A DNA stretch of 47,435 bases, from the NCBI GenBank assembly GCA_947589165.1, contig CANQCH010000001.1, forward strand, positions 1-47,435, read 5' to 3'. Positions 20,019-28,265 of the stretch are shown here, piece after piece (positions within the stretch are counted from its first letter, which is position 1; the number at the start of each line of letters is the position of its first letter). Position numbers and translations under genes: made by a program. Source of the stretch: an uncultured Bacilli bacterium. Its GTDB lineage: Bacteria; Bacillota_I; Bacilli_A; RF39; UBA660. The notes under the pieces were generated by a model that searched no databases, was not told where the DNA came from, and was given only the letters and a program-made list of their open reading frames with translations.

Positions 20019-20037
20019 GGCTAGAATATTTCTAGCC
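20019..20037. terminator. Hairpin between the prepilin peptidase gene and the convergent small ORF
   Basis: GGCTAGAA-tat-TTCTAGCC is a perfect 8-bp stem. On the minus strand it is followed by a T-run (GCTTTTTT). Confidence 0.6.
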
Positions 20038-20133
20038 TTAAATAATATAAACTAATATGGAAGCGACAACACTACCAACCATTAGTAAAAGCATTAACCA
20101 TATAAATAGTTTTTGCACCGTTTTTCTTTTCAT
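20038..20133 (-). CDS. 31-aa hydrophobic peptide (MKRKTVQKLFIWLMLLLMVGSVVASILVYII)
   Basis: Not in the ORF track because it is under 60 aa. GAAGGTGG RBS about 5 nt before the ATG at 20133. A basic N-terminus is followed by one TM helix. A terminator hairpin follows the TAA. Confidence 0.45.
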   Translation of the reverse strand: MKRKTVQKLFIWLMLLLMVGSVVASILVYII

Positions 20134-20201
20134 GTTCCACCTTCGTAAATAATTTATCATAAATTTATTATTTATGCAATATAATTCACTAGGTGATAAA
20201 A

Positions 20202-20780
20202 ATGTGGACAAGCACTAATAAAAAGTTTTGGTTATTTTTAGGAATAATTTTCAGTATTGGTCTAATTTCCGGTCTAATTTATATTTATCTAATACCATCA
20301 GCTAATCAAGAAATAATTAAAACCAGTATCAATAATTTTTTTCAAAATCTCGATAATTTAAGAATTAATAATATTGGGACGCATGTTTTAATTATCCCTT
20401 TCCTAATTATTAGTGCCTTTTTAGTAATCGGAATTCCTTTAGGCATCTTTTATTTATTTTATAATGGCTTTTTAGTCGGCTTTACGATTAGTAATTTTAC
20501 GATTTGTTTAGGCTTAAAAGGATTTATTTATAGTTTAGTTTATGTTTTAATTACCAAATTAGTTTATTTATTTTTTCTTAATATCTTAATTACTTCTTTA
20601 ATAAAAATTGGTTTTAATGTTGGGAAAATTATCGTAAGAAAAAAAGATAGTTCTAAAGATATAATTATCTTTTTATTTAAACGAGTTATTATTTGTTTTC
20701 TAGTTATTTTGCTAAATGATATCTTTCTTTTATTTTTAGGTGATAATTTAATAAATATCTTTAAATTTTTAGTTATTTAA
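20202..20780 (+). CDS. SpoIIM-family (DUF95) membrane protein
   Basis: VIGIPLGIFYLFYNGFLVGFTI resembles B. subtilis SpoIIM VIGLPLVFIMIFLKGVVVGFTV. Polytopic. The start could be ATG 20202 or GTG 20193. Confidence 0.55.
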   Translation: MWTSTNKKFWLFLGIIFSIGLISGLIYIYLIPSANQEIIKTSINNFFQNLDNLRINNIGTHVLIIPFLIISAFLVIGIPLGIFYLFYNGFLVGFTISNFTICLGLKGFIYSLVYVLITKLVYLFFLNILITSLIKIGFNVGKIIVRKKDSSKDIIIFLFKRVIICFLVILLNDIFLLFLGDNLINIFKFLVI

Positions 20781-20804
20781 GTTATACTATTTTTGTGAAG
20801 AAAA

Positions 20805-21905
20805 ATGAAAAAAGTTATTGTAGGTGTTAGTGGGGGTGTCGATTCAGCCGTCGCTTTATATTTACTTAAAGAAGCCGGTTATGAAGTCGAAGGCTTATTT
20901 ATGCGAAATTGGGATAGTGCCATTAATAATGATCAAGAAGGGATGGCATTAGGTGGCGAAATTTGCCCGCAAGAACAAGATTATAATGATGCTTTAAAAG
21001 TCTGCGAACAATTAGGTGTCAAACTTCATCGCGTTGATTTTATTAAAGAATATTGGGATTATGTTTTTACGTACTTTTTAGAAGAATTAGAGAAGGGGAG
21101 AACTCCTAATCCCGATATGTTATGTAATCGGTATATTAAATTCGATTTATTTATTAAAGAAGCTTTAAAATTAGGAGCTGATTATGTTGCTACTGGTCAT
21201 TATGCCAAGTACGAAAATGGTAAATTACTTCGCGCGAAAGATTTAAATAAAGATCAAACCTATTTTTTAGCGGATGTTAAAGCAGCTAATTTTAAAAATG
21301 TTTTATTTCCCATTGGTAATTTAACGAAAACAGAAGTAAGAAAAATTGCCCAAGAACAAAATTTATATGTAGCCAAGAAGAAGGATTCAACGGGAATTTG
21401 TTTTATCGGGGAACGGAATTATCAAAAATTCGTGCAAAATTATTTAAAACCCAATCCCGGCGATATTATTAATGTCGAAACCAAAGAAGTTATTGGCCGC
21501 CATAATGGTTTAATGAATTACACTATTGGCCAAAGACGAAACGTCGGAATTGGGGGAAATTCGGAAAGACACTTCGTTTGTGGCAAAAATTTAAAAGAAA
21601 ATAAACTATATGTCACTTTTAACGAAGAATATTTGATGAGTGATGAATGTATTATTAAAAATCTTAACTTTATTAGTCCCTTAAGGCCAACTTTTTGTAC
21701 AGCCAAATTTCGTTATCGCGGCATGGATTATCCCGTGGAATTAGTTTATCAAGATGAAGATACCATCCAAGTTAAATTTTTAGAAAAAGTGAAAGCGGTA
21801 ACGCCCGGTCAAGCTTGTGTTTTATATTTAGGTGAAGAATGTCTTGGTTGTGGCTTTATAGAACAAGTTCGCAAAAATAATCAAGATTTATGGTATCTTT
21901 CATAA
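20805..21905 (+). CDS. mnmA: tRNA-specific 2-thiouridylase
   Basis: PP-loop motif GVSGGVDSAV. Also NPD..CN and TGHYA motifs. Confidence 0.93.
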   Translation: MKKVIVGVSGGVDSAVALYLLKEAGYEVEGLFMRNWDSAINNDQEGMALGGEICPQEQDYNDALKVCEQLGVKLHRVDFIKEYWDYVFTYFLEELEKGRTPNPDMLCNRYIKFDLFIKEALKLGADYVATGHYAKYENGKLLRAKDLNKDQTYFLADVKAANFKNVLFPIGNLTKTEVRKIAQEQNLYVAKKKDSTGICFIGERNYQKFVQNYLKPNPGDIINVETKEVIGRHNGLMNYTIGQRRNVGIGGNSERHFVCGKNLKENKLYVTFNEEYLMSDECIIKNLNFISPLRPTFCTAKFRYRGMDYPVELVYQDEDTIQVKFLEKVKAVTPGQACVLYLGEECLGCGFIEQVRKNNQDLWYLS

Positions 21906-21910
21906 TAAAC

Positions 21911-21940
21911 TTGACACTTTTATGTTAAGTTTTGTATAAT
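21911..21940 (+). promoter_or_regulatory. Sigma-A-type promoter for the HTH gene
   Basis: TTGACA (21911..21916), an 18-nt spacer, then TATAAT (21935..21940). Confidence 0.6.
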
Positions 21941-21970
21941 TAATTTGTAAATAGATAGGGTAGTGAGTAA

Positions 21971-22741
21971 ATGAAAAGATTAAATGAATTATTACAAGAA
22001 TTAGGGGTTTCCAAAGTAAAATTGGCTAAGTATCTAGGAGTATCACGCCAAATGGTTTATAATTATTTAATTTTAGATGATTTAGATAAATGGCCAAAAG
22101 AAAAGAAGCTATTATTATTACAATTGTTAGATATTACGGATGGCGAAGAAAAAACGTTAAATAATATTCATTTAACCACCGAATACATGATGAATGTCGA
22201 AAAAAGATTAAATAGTGCTGTCAAATCTAATAATGAATTAGATTATTTAAGTTCTTCTTCTTTAACTAAAGATCATAAAAATTTACTCAATGATATTATC
22301 TTTTTATTAAAAGAAAAATTAGAAGATGATAATGACGATACCGCGGGTGCAACCATGAAATATCTATATTATCTACTTCAAGCTATGGAAAATATTCCGG
22401 AAATAAAATATTTACTCGCTTATATGGCGAAAAGTAATTGTTTTATTAAACCCGATGAATATGTTTATGATGAGGATAAACAATTTACTTTTGAAGGTAT
22501 TTTATATACGGCTATTTCCTTATATAATAGCGGTAAATCCGATAAAAATAAAGTAGCCGATAATCATCGTTTATTTGTCCAAGAAATTGAACAAAAAAAT
22601 GAAGAAAAATTAAGTCGGACCCAACAATTAATGACTTTTAAATCGCAAGCTTTAAGAGAATTAGGCTATGATGATATAAATGAAGAAAATGCCGTAGAAT
22701 TTTATGAAAAATTAGCGGAAATTGAAGCAAGGAAATTATAA
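21971..22741 (+). CDS. Helix-turn-helix domain protein (XRE-like N-terminus) with a long helical C-terminal region
   Basis: The N-terminus LNELLQELGVSKVKLAKYLGVSRQMVYNY is a typical HTH. I do not recognise the remainder. Confidence 0.6.
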   Translation: MKRLNELLQELGVSKVKLAKYLGVSRQMVYNYLILDDLDKWPKEKKLLLLQLLDITDGEEKTLNNIHLTTEYMMNVEKRLNSAVKSNNELDYLSSSSLTKDHKNLLNDIIFLLKEKLEDDNDDTAGATMKYLYYLLQAMENIPEIKYLLAYMAKSNCFIKPDEYVYDEDKQFTFEGILYTAISLYNSGKSDKNKVADNHRLFVQEIEQKNEEKLSRTQQLMTFKSQALRELGYDDINEENAVEFYEKLAEIEARKL

Positions 22742-22742
22742 A

Positions 22743-23555
22743 ATGAAAAAAAAGCCTAAATTAAAAGGAAATATTGCCAAATTTTTGCTTCCTAGTTTAA
22801 TTGTCATTTTAATCATCATAATTATCATAACTATTTTTTGTTTAAAAAAAGATCATGTTAATCAAGATATTATTGATGAATATTATACTTTTTTAGGAAG
22901 TAATGATTTAACTTTATGCAATGGCTTAATAGCCTATGATAGCCTAGAAGTAACGAAAGATCTTATAGAAGATACCGATAAAGTTTGTAATAGTTATTTA
23001 AATTTAGCATCCGAAAAAATTGCGAAGGTCAAAGTAGATAAAAATGCGAAAAAAAATAATTGTACTTATGAAAAATTTACTTTTGCCACTGATAATTACG
23101 AAGAAGATTATTGTACAATTGAAAAAATTGCCATCACAGATTTAAAAAATGAATACAATCTTATTTATAATGAAGAAATAGGTGATTTAAAAGATTTTTA
23201 TATTGATGAAAATAAAGTATGTCATTATCGCAATGACTATTATTACTGTGGTTTGGCCGAAACTTTTTCTTATTCTTTAATGGCCAAACCCAATGTTTAC
23301 CGTTCTATTAAAAAAACTGTAGAACAAGGTGATATAATCTATATTTATGACTTATTTTTAAAGACCAAAGAAGAGAAGTGCTATAATAGTTTTAATTCGG
23401 ATGAAGAAAACGCCGAATGTAGCAAAAAATATGCGCAAAAAGGGGAAATTAATTATCGCTTATTAAAAAAATATGGAACATTATACCGCCATACTTTTAA
23501 ATTAAATAAAGAAACTGGCAAGTATTATTGGTATGCTAGTCAACCGGAAGATTAG
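22743..23555 (+). CDS. Single-pass membrane-anchored, Cys-rich extracytoplasmic protein
   Basis: AAGGAA RBS before the ATG at 22743 (the ORF track starts at TTG 22722). Basic N-terminus, one TM segment, multiple Cys residues, and a C-terminal F.L.....G.YYW..S motif. Confidence 0.6.
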   Translation: MKKKPKLKGNIAKFLLPSLIVILIIIIIITIFCLKKDHVNQDIIDEYYTFLGSNDLTLCNGLIAYDSLEVTKDLIEDTDKVCNSYLNLASEKIAKVKVDKNAKKNNCTYEKFTFATDNYEEDYCTIEKIAITDLKNEYNLIYNEEIGDLKDFYIDENKVCHYRNDYYYCGLAETFSYSLMAKPNVYRSIKKTVEQGDIIYIYDLFLKTKEEKCYNSFNSDEENAECSKKYAQKGEINYRLLKKYGTLYRHTFKLNKETGKYYWYASQPED

Positions 23556-23558
23556 ATT

Positions 23559-24179
23559 ATGACAAGAAAAAAATTAATTATTACTGATATTATTTTAATA
23601 TCAGCTTTAATTTTCCTAATTTTTAGCTTAAATAGCTCTTATTTAAAGCAATTTGATAGTTATATTTATTCTTTGGTAACGACTAATATTAATCCTAATT
23701 TGACAACTTTTTTTAAAATCGTAACTTTCTTTGGCAGTACTATTTTTATTGTAAGTGCGACTATTGTTATCTTTGTTATCATGTTTAAAAGCAGAAGAGG
23801 ACCCCAATTTCTTATTTTAATTGCGACGGCCATGATATTAAGTAGTTTGTTAAAAATAATCATTCATCGGCCACGACCTGATGTTTTAAAACTAGTAATC
23901 GAAACAACGTATAGCTTCCCAAGTGGTCACACTATGGCGATTAGTATTTTGATGGGCTTTTTCTTTTACTTATTAGAAATAGAGAAGGGGAAGATGCGAA
24001 AATGGCTTAAAATAATTAGCCAATGCTTTTGTATTTTGATCACCCTTCTCGTAATCATCAGTCGTATTTATTTAGGTGCTCATTATGCCTCAGATACCGT
24101 CGGAGCGGTTATTATTGCTACTTTAGTACTAATTAATCTCACCTTTTGGTTTCAAAATTGGCATCTCCCCTCTTCTTAA
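23559..24179 (+). CDS. PAP2-family phosphatase (BcrC/undecaprenyl-diphosphatase-like)
   Basis: The three PAP2 motifs are present: K....RPRP, PSGHT, SR...G.H...D. Confidence 0.85.
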   Translation: MTRKKLIITDIILISALIFLIFSLNSSYLKQFDSYIYSLVTTNINPNLTTFFKIVTFFGSTIFIVSATIVIFVIMFKSRRGPQFLILIATAMILSSLLKIIIHRPRPDVLKLVIETTYSFPSGHTMAISILMGFFFYLLEIEKGKMRKWLKIISQCFCILITLLVIISRIYLGAHYASDTVGAVIIATLVLINLTFWFQNWHLPSS

Positions 24180-24226
24180 CTAGAGGAGAGGATTATCTAT
24201 TCTATAATTTAAATAAATAGTTATAT

Positions 24227-24282
24227 ATACCTTATTAAATATATAAGGTATAATAATAAACCTTATAATATATAAATAAGGT
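24227..24282. repeat. Twin palindromes sharing the arm ACCTTAT/ATAAGGT
   Basis: ATACCTTAT-N7-ATAAGGTAT at 24227..24251 and ACCTTAT-N9-ATAAGGT at 24260..24282. GGTA-ata-TACC follows at 24280..24290. Confidence 0.7.
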
Positions 24283-24533
24283 AATATACCGCGTATTTTA
24301 TATTTAAAAATAATTTAAAATAACAAAATAACATTTTTTTCATTGATCATAATTTGAAATAAATAATATATAGATGAAAAAAAGTAAAATAAATCATGAC
24401 AGTGTTAAATAAATATTCAAAATCTTATTTAAAATAGCTAAATAACGTTTTTAAAATAATATATATTATGTTAACTTAACCTTGAGAAACCAAAATAAAT
24501 ATGTTATACTCTACTTGAAATGGGAGTTTTTTT

Positions 24534-25127
24534 ATGAAAAAAAATATTTTTAAGTACTTTAGTATATTTTTTTATATTTGTTTAATATATTCTTTATTAA
24601 ATACTAAATATATTAAATATTCTTTAGCCTTTTTAATTTTGGCTACTATTTTTATTTATTTAAGTGAAAAGATTAGTTCACTTAATACTAATATCGATAA
24701 TATGAATATCGATAATTTTAAAGAAGCCAACGCATTCTACAAAGTTAAAAAATTCTTAACGCCAAGTGAAATTAGCTTTTATAAAAAGATGCAAAGATTA
24801 CAAGATATGGGTTATATTATTGTGCCCCAAGTTAATTTAGCAACCATTATTGAAAAGCAAAATGCTAAATATCATAATGAATTATTTCGGAATGTCGATT
24901 TTGGTATTTTTGATGCTAATTTTAATTTGTTACTTTTAATTGAGCTAAATGATAAATCCCATCAAGAAATAAGTCGCCGCAATCGTGATTTAAAGGTTAA
25001 AAAAATCTTGAGTGATTGTCAAATTAAATTATTAGTTTTCTATACCTCCTACCCTAACGAAACAGATTATGTCGTAAATCGAATATTAAATGCTATCAAA
25101 GAAAATACTAATCAAAACATGAAATAA
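24534..25127 (+). CDS. Membrane-anchored DUF2726 (PD-(D/E)xK nuclease-like fold) protein
   Basis: Two N-terminal TM segments. The rest matches DUF2726: FLTPSE..FY......L......I.PQV.L......DFGIFD....LLLIELND.SH......RD. TGTTATACT extended -10 and a GGGAG RBS lie upstream. Confidence 0.7.
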   Translation: MKKNIFKYFSIFFYICLIYSLLNTKYIKYSLAFLILATIFIYLSEKISSLNTNIDNMNIDNFKEANAFYKVKKFLTPSEISFYKKMQRLQDMGYIIVPQVNLATIIEKQNAKYHNELFRNVDFGIFDANFNLLLLIELNDKSHQEISRRNRDLKVKKILSDCQIKLLVFYTSYPNETDYVVNRILNAIKENTNQNMK

Positions 25128-25867
25128 TTAAATAAGATTAATATTACCCCTACTCCCATCCCGAGATATAAAAATTTAGTTAAATTATATTTTTTGGCTT
25201 TAGGAAGCATACCTTCAATGGCAAGCGTAATCATAATACCCGCGACTAAAATTAAGATCATACTTATTAAATTATTTGTAATGTATTTACTTAAAAATAT
25301 ATAGGCTAAAATGGCCCCAATAGGCTCGGCAATACCCGAATAAAATGTTTTTAAAATGGCTTCTTTTTTATTTTTTTTGGCAAAATAAATGGGAACCGCA
25401 ATACTAATACCTTCCGGGATATTATGAAAAGCAATGGCTATGGCTAATTTTATTCCTAAATTAATATCTTTATAAGAAGACATAAAGGTAGCAATTCCTT
25501 CGGGAAAATTATGTAAAATAAGAGCTAACATATTAAGTAAACCTAATTTATATAGATCATTTTTATTGGTCTCGGCTCGGGCTATTAATTTATTTAAAAA
25601 TTTAATTAAAATAACCCCACTTAAGAATAAGATAATAATCAAAACTAACCCTTTCGTAATACCATAATTACCTAATAAAATATAGGTTGATTCGGGTAAA
25701 AGATCAGTTATACTAATGCCAATCATGATAGTTAGAGAAAAAGCTAAGGCGGCCGTTATAAATTTATTAATATTTTCCGGTTTAAATTTAAAAAAGACTA
25801 CTAGTCCGCCTAAAACTGTGGAAATTCCAGCTAGTGTGGAAACTAATAAGGCACCAATTATTTCCAT
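25112..25867 (-). CDS. zupT: ZIP-family zinc transporter
   Basis: HNFPEGIA and HNIPEGI metal-binding motifs, about 8 TM segments. Its 3' end overlaps the DUF2726 gene by 16 nt. Confidence 0.88.
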   Translation of the reverse strand: MEIIGALLVSTLAGISTVLGGLVVFFKFKPENINKFITAALAFSLTIMIGISITDLLPESTYILLGNYGITKGLVLIIILFLSGVILIKFLNKLIARAETNKNDLYKLGLLNMLALILHNFPEGIATFMSSYKDINLGIKLAIAIAFHNIPEGISIAVPIYFAKKNKKEAILKTFYSGIAEPIGAILAYIFLSKYITNNLISMILILVAGIMITLAIEGMLPKAKKYNLTKFLYLGMGVGVILILFNYFMF

Positions 25868-25935
25868 ATTCTCACCCCTAAATTATATGAATTATCTTTC
25901 TAAATTAATCCATAATAATAGTGGGAGGTAAGAAA

Positions 25936-26070
25936 ATGAGTAACGCTAGAAACAATAATAGAAGTCAAAATAGTGCTAGAAACAGTGCAAGAAATAATAA
26001 TAAAGCTAATGCACGTAATAGAAGTCAAAATAGCGCTAGAAATAATGCTCGTAACTCTGAATCAAAATAG
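25936..26070 (+). CDS. 44-aa Asn/Arg/Ser-repeat basic peptide (MSNARNNNRSQNSARNSARNNNKANARNRSQNSARNNARNSESK)
   Basis: Not in the ORF track. GGGAGG RBS (25923..25928) 7 nt before the ATG at 25936. Near-identical 24-nt direct repeats encode RSQNSARN twice. Confidence 0.5.
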   Translation: MSNARNNNRSQNSARNSARNNNKANARNRSQNSARNNARNSESK

Positions 26071-26085
26071 ACAAGAAATAATTAT

Positions 26086-27000
26086 TTAGTTTATTCCTTT
26101 TTCTATTTTAGCTCGAGGATGATTTTGATAATCTTCTTCGAGTTTTTTATTGCTTAAATGGGAATATATTTCGGTCGTAGCCAAATTTTCATGGCCTAAT
26201 AATTCTTGAATAACTCTTAAATCAGCGCCATGATTAAGTAAATGGGTCGCAAAAGAGTGTCTTAAGGTATGGGGAGATACATCCTTTTTAATCCCACATT
26301 TTTGACATAATTGCTTTAGTATTTTAAAGAATCCCACTCTACTTATGGCATTACCATCTTTATTTAAAAAGACAAAATCGGTGGTATTTTTTATTAAATA
26401 GGGTCGATAATTTGCCAAATAAAGTTTTAAATACTTGATGGCAACATCATTCATGGGAACAATTCTTTCTTTCTTCCCCTTCCCCATAATTCGAATTACA
26501 CATTCATCAAAATCAATTTGATTTAATTTTAAATTAACTAATTCGCTAATTCTCGCTCCCGTGGCGTATAATAACTCTAACATCGCTTTATTACGGTAAT
26601 CTAAGGGTTTAAGACATTTAATATTTAGTAAATTATTTACTTCTTCTTCCGTCAAATAATTAGGTAATTTTTTCTCTAATTTAGGCATTTTTAGCGCCGC
26701 ACAAGGATTATTATCAATCTTACCAATAATTATTAAATAATTATAAAAAGAATTTAAAACGGTTAAATAATGAGCCTTAGTTTTGGCGGTCGAATTCATT
26801 TGATAAATAAAATTTTTTACTTCGGCATTCGTTAAATGTAAAATATTTTTATTTGACCAAAACACCACAAAATTAGTTAAATTTTGGCGATAAGATTTTA
26901 ATGTATTTTCACTAACTTTCCGTTCATATTTTAAATAATCGAGATAATCATTTATTATTTCTTTATTATTCATATCCTCATCACTAATATTATAACGCAA
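26086..27000 (-). CDS. xerD: Tyrosine recombinase XerD/XerC family
   Basis: ATGARISEL and RHSFATHLLNHGADLRVIQELLGHENLATTEIYSH motifs. The XerC versus XerD assignment and the start (TTG 27000 or ATG 26973) are uncertain. Confidence 0.8.
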   Translation of the reverse strand: MRYNISDEDMNNKEIINDYLDYLKYERKVSENTLKSYRQNLTNFVVFWSNKNILHLTNAEVKNFIYQMNSTAKTKAHYLTVLNSFYNYLIIIGKIDNNPCAALKMPKLEKKLPNYLTEEEVNNLLNIKCLKPLDYRNKAMLELLYATGARISELVNLKLNQIDFDECVIRIMGKGKKERIVPMNDVAIKYLKLYLANYRPYLIKNTTDFVFLNKDGNAISRVGFFKILKQLCQKCGIKKDVSPHTLRHSFATHLLNHGADLRVIQELLGHENLATTEIYSHLSNKKLEEDYQNHPRAKIEKGIN

Positions 27001-27065
27001 AATGATGCATAAAAGATAATTTTATTTTTATTTTACTCGTGTTATAATGAAGATAGTGACGAAAT

Positions 27066-28265
27066 ATGGAAATTTTAGCAGATCAATTACGGCCCCAAAG
27101 GTTAGCTGATGTAGTTGGGCAAAAGCATTTAGTTGCTCCTGGCAAAATTATTTTTAATATGGTTAAAAATCATAAAGTTTTTTCGATGATTTTATATGGT
27201 AAGCCCGGGATTGGCAAAACCTCTATTGCCTACGCTATTGTAAATGAGCTTAATTTAAAAGCTAAATTTATGAGTGCGGTCATTAATAATAAAGCCGATT
27301 TTGATACGGCGATCATGGAAGCCAAAATGCATGGCGAATTAGTCTTAATTATTGATGAATTTCATCGCATGAATAAAGATAAACAAGATATTTTATTACC
27401 TTATATTGAAAATGGCACCATTATTTTAATTGGTTTAACTACTTCTAATCCTTATCATAAAATTAATCCGGCGATTCGCAGTCGGTGTCAAATATTTGAA
27501 TTAAAAGAATTAAATGAAGAAGATATCAAAGAAGGTTTAACTAAAGCTAAAAAACATTTACCCAATATTAAAATTACGGAAGAAGCCCTTAGTTATATTA
27601 GTAATCTTGCAAGCGGTGATTTACGCTTTGCCCTTAATTTATTGGAAGTCTGCTACTACTCGACGGAAGATAAAAAAATTACGCTCGATTTAGTAAAAAC
27701 CATTAATAGTAAACCGGTATTTTTTCATGATGCCAATGAAGATGGCCATTATGACGTTTTAAGTGCTTTTCAAAAATCTATTCGTGGTAGTGATGTTGAT
27801 GCTTCTTTACATTATTTGGCTCGTTTAATTGAAGCAGGTGATTTAGATAGTATTTATCGCCGGCTTTCCGTAATTGTTTATGAAGATATTGGTCTTGCTA
27901 ATCCAGGTTTAGGACCAAGGTTAATGGCCGCCATAAATGCTGCCGAATTAGTTGGTCTCCCCGAAGCCCGCATTCCTTTAGGGGAAATTGTCATTGAAAT
28001 GGCTTTATCTCCTAAAAGTAATAGTGCTATCCTTGCTATCGATGAAGCTTTAAATGATATTCATAAAGGTAATACGGGTAATGTCCCTAGTCATCTTAAA
28101 ACAACCAGTCCGGATTATATATATCCGCATAATTATCCGCATGATTATGTTAAACAAGATTATTTACCTGAAAACATTCGGCAACATCAATATTATCATC
28201 CCAAAAATAATAACGTTGAAAATAACTTAAATAAATTACACAAAGAAATGAGGAATGAAAAATGA
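27066..28265 (+). CDS. rarA: Replication-associated recombination protein A (MgsA/RarA AAA+ ATPase)
   Basis: Walker A GKPGIGKTS, Walker B IDEFHR, C-terminal MgsA domain (HYD..SAF.KS.RGSD.DA.L.Y.ARL). Confidence 0.92.
   Translation: MEILADQLRPQRLADVVGQKHLVAPGKIIFNMVKNHKVFSMILYGKPGIGKTSIAYAIVNELNLKAKFMSAVINNKADFDTAIMEAKMHGELVLIIDEFHRMNKDKQDILLPYIENGTIILIGLTTSNPYHKINPAIRSRCQIFELKELNEEDIKEGLTKAKKHLPNIKITEEALSYISNLASGDLRFALNLLEVCYYSTEDKKITLDLVKTINSKPVFFHDANEDGHYDVLSAFQKSIRGSDVDASLHYLARLIEAGDLDSIYRRLSVIVYEDIGLANPGLGPRLMAAINAAELVGLPEARIPLGEIVIEMALSPKSNSAILAIDEALNDIHKGNTGNVPSHLKTTSPDYIYPHNYPHDYVKQDYLPENIRQHQYYHPKNNNVENNLNKLHKEMRNEK

Noticed and set aside
20019-20037. The identical 15-nt core CTAGAATATTTCTAG occurs here and, reverse-complemented, at 36700..36714. 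I considered a dispersed repeat or miniature mobile element.
   Set aside because: Only the short AT-rich palindrome is shared, and the flanks differ. Both copies behave as ordinary terminator stems. Two copies of a 15-mer palindrome are not enough evidence for a repeat family.
25868-25935. Zur-box operator in the zupT promoter region.
   Set aside because: I found only direct AATTAT repeats. There is no 7-1-7 or 9-1-9 inverted repeat resembling the Firmicute Zur consensus.
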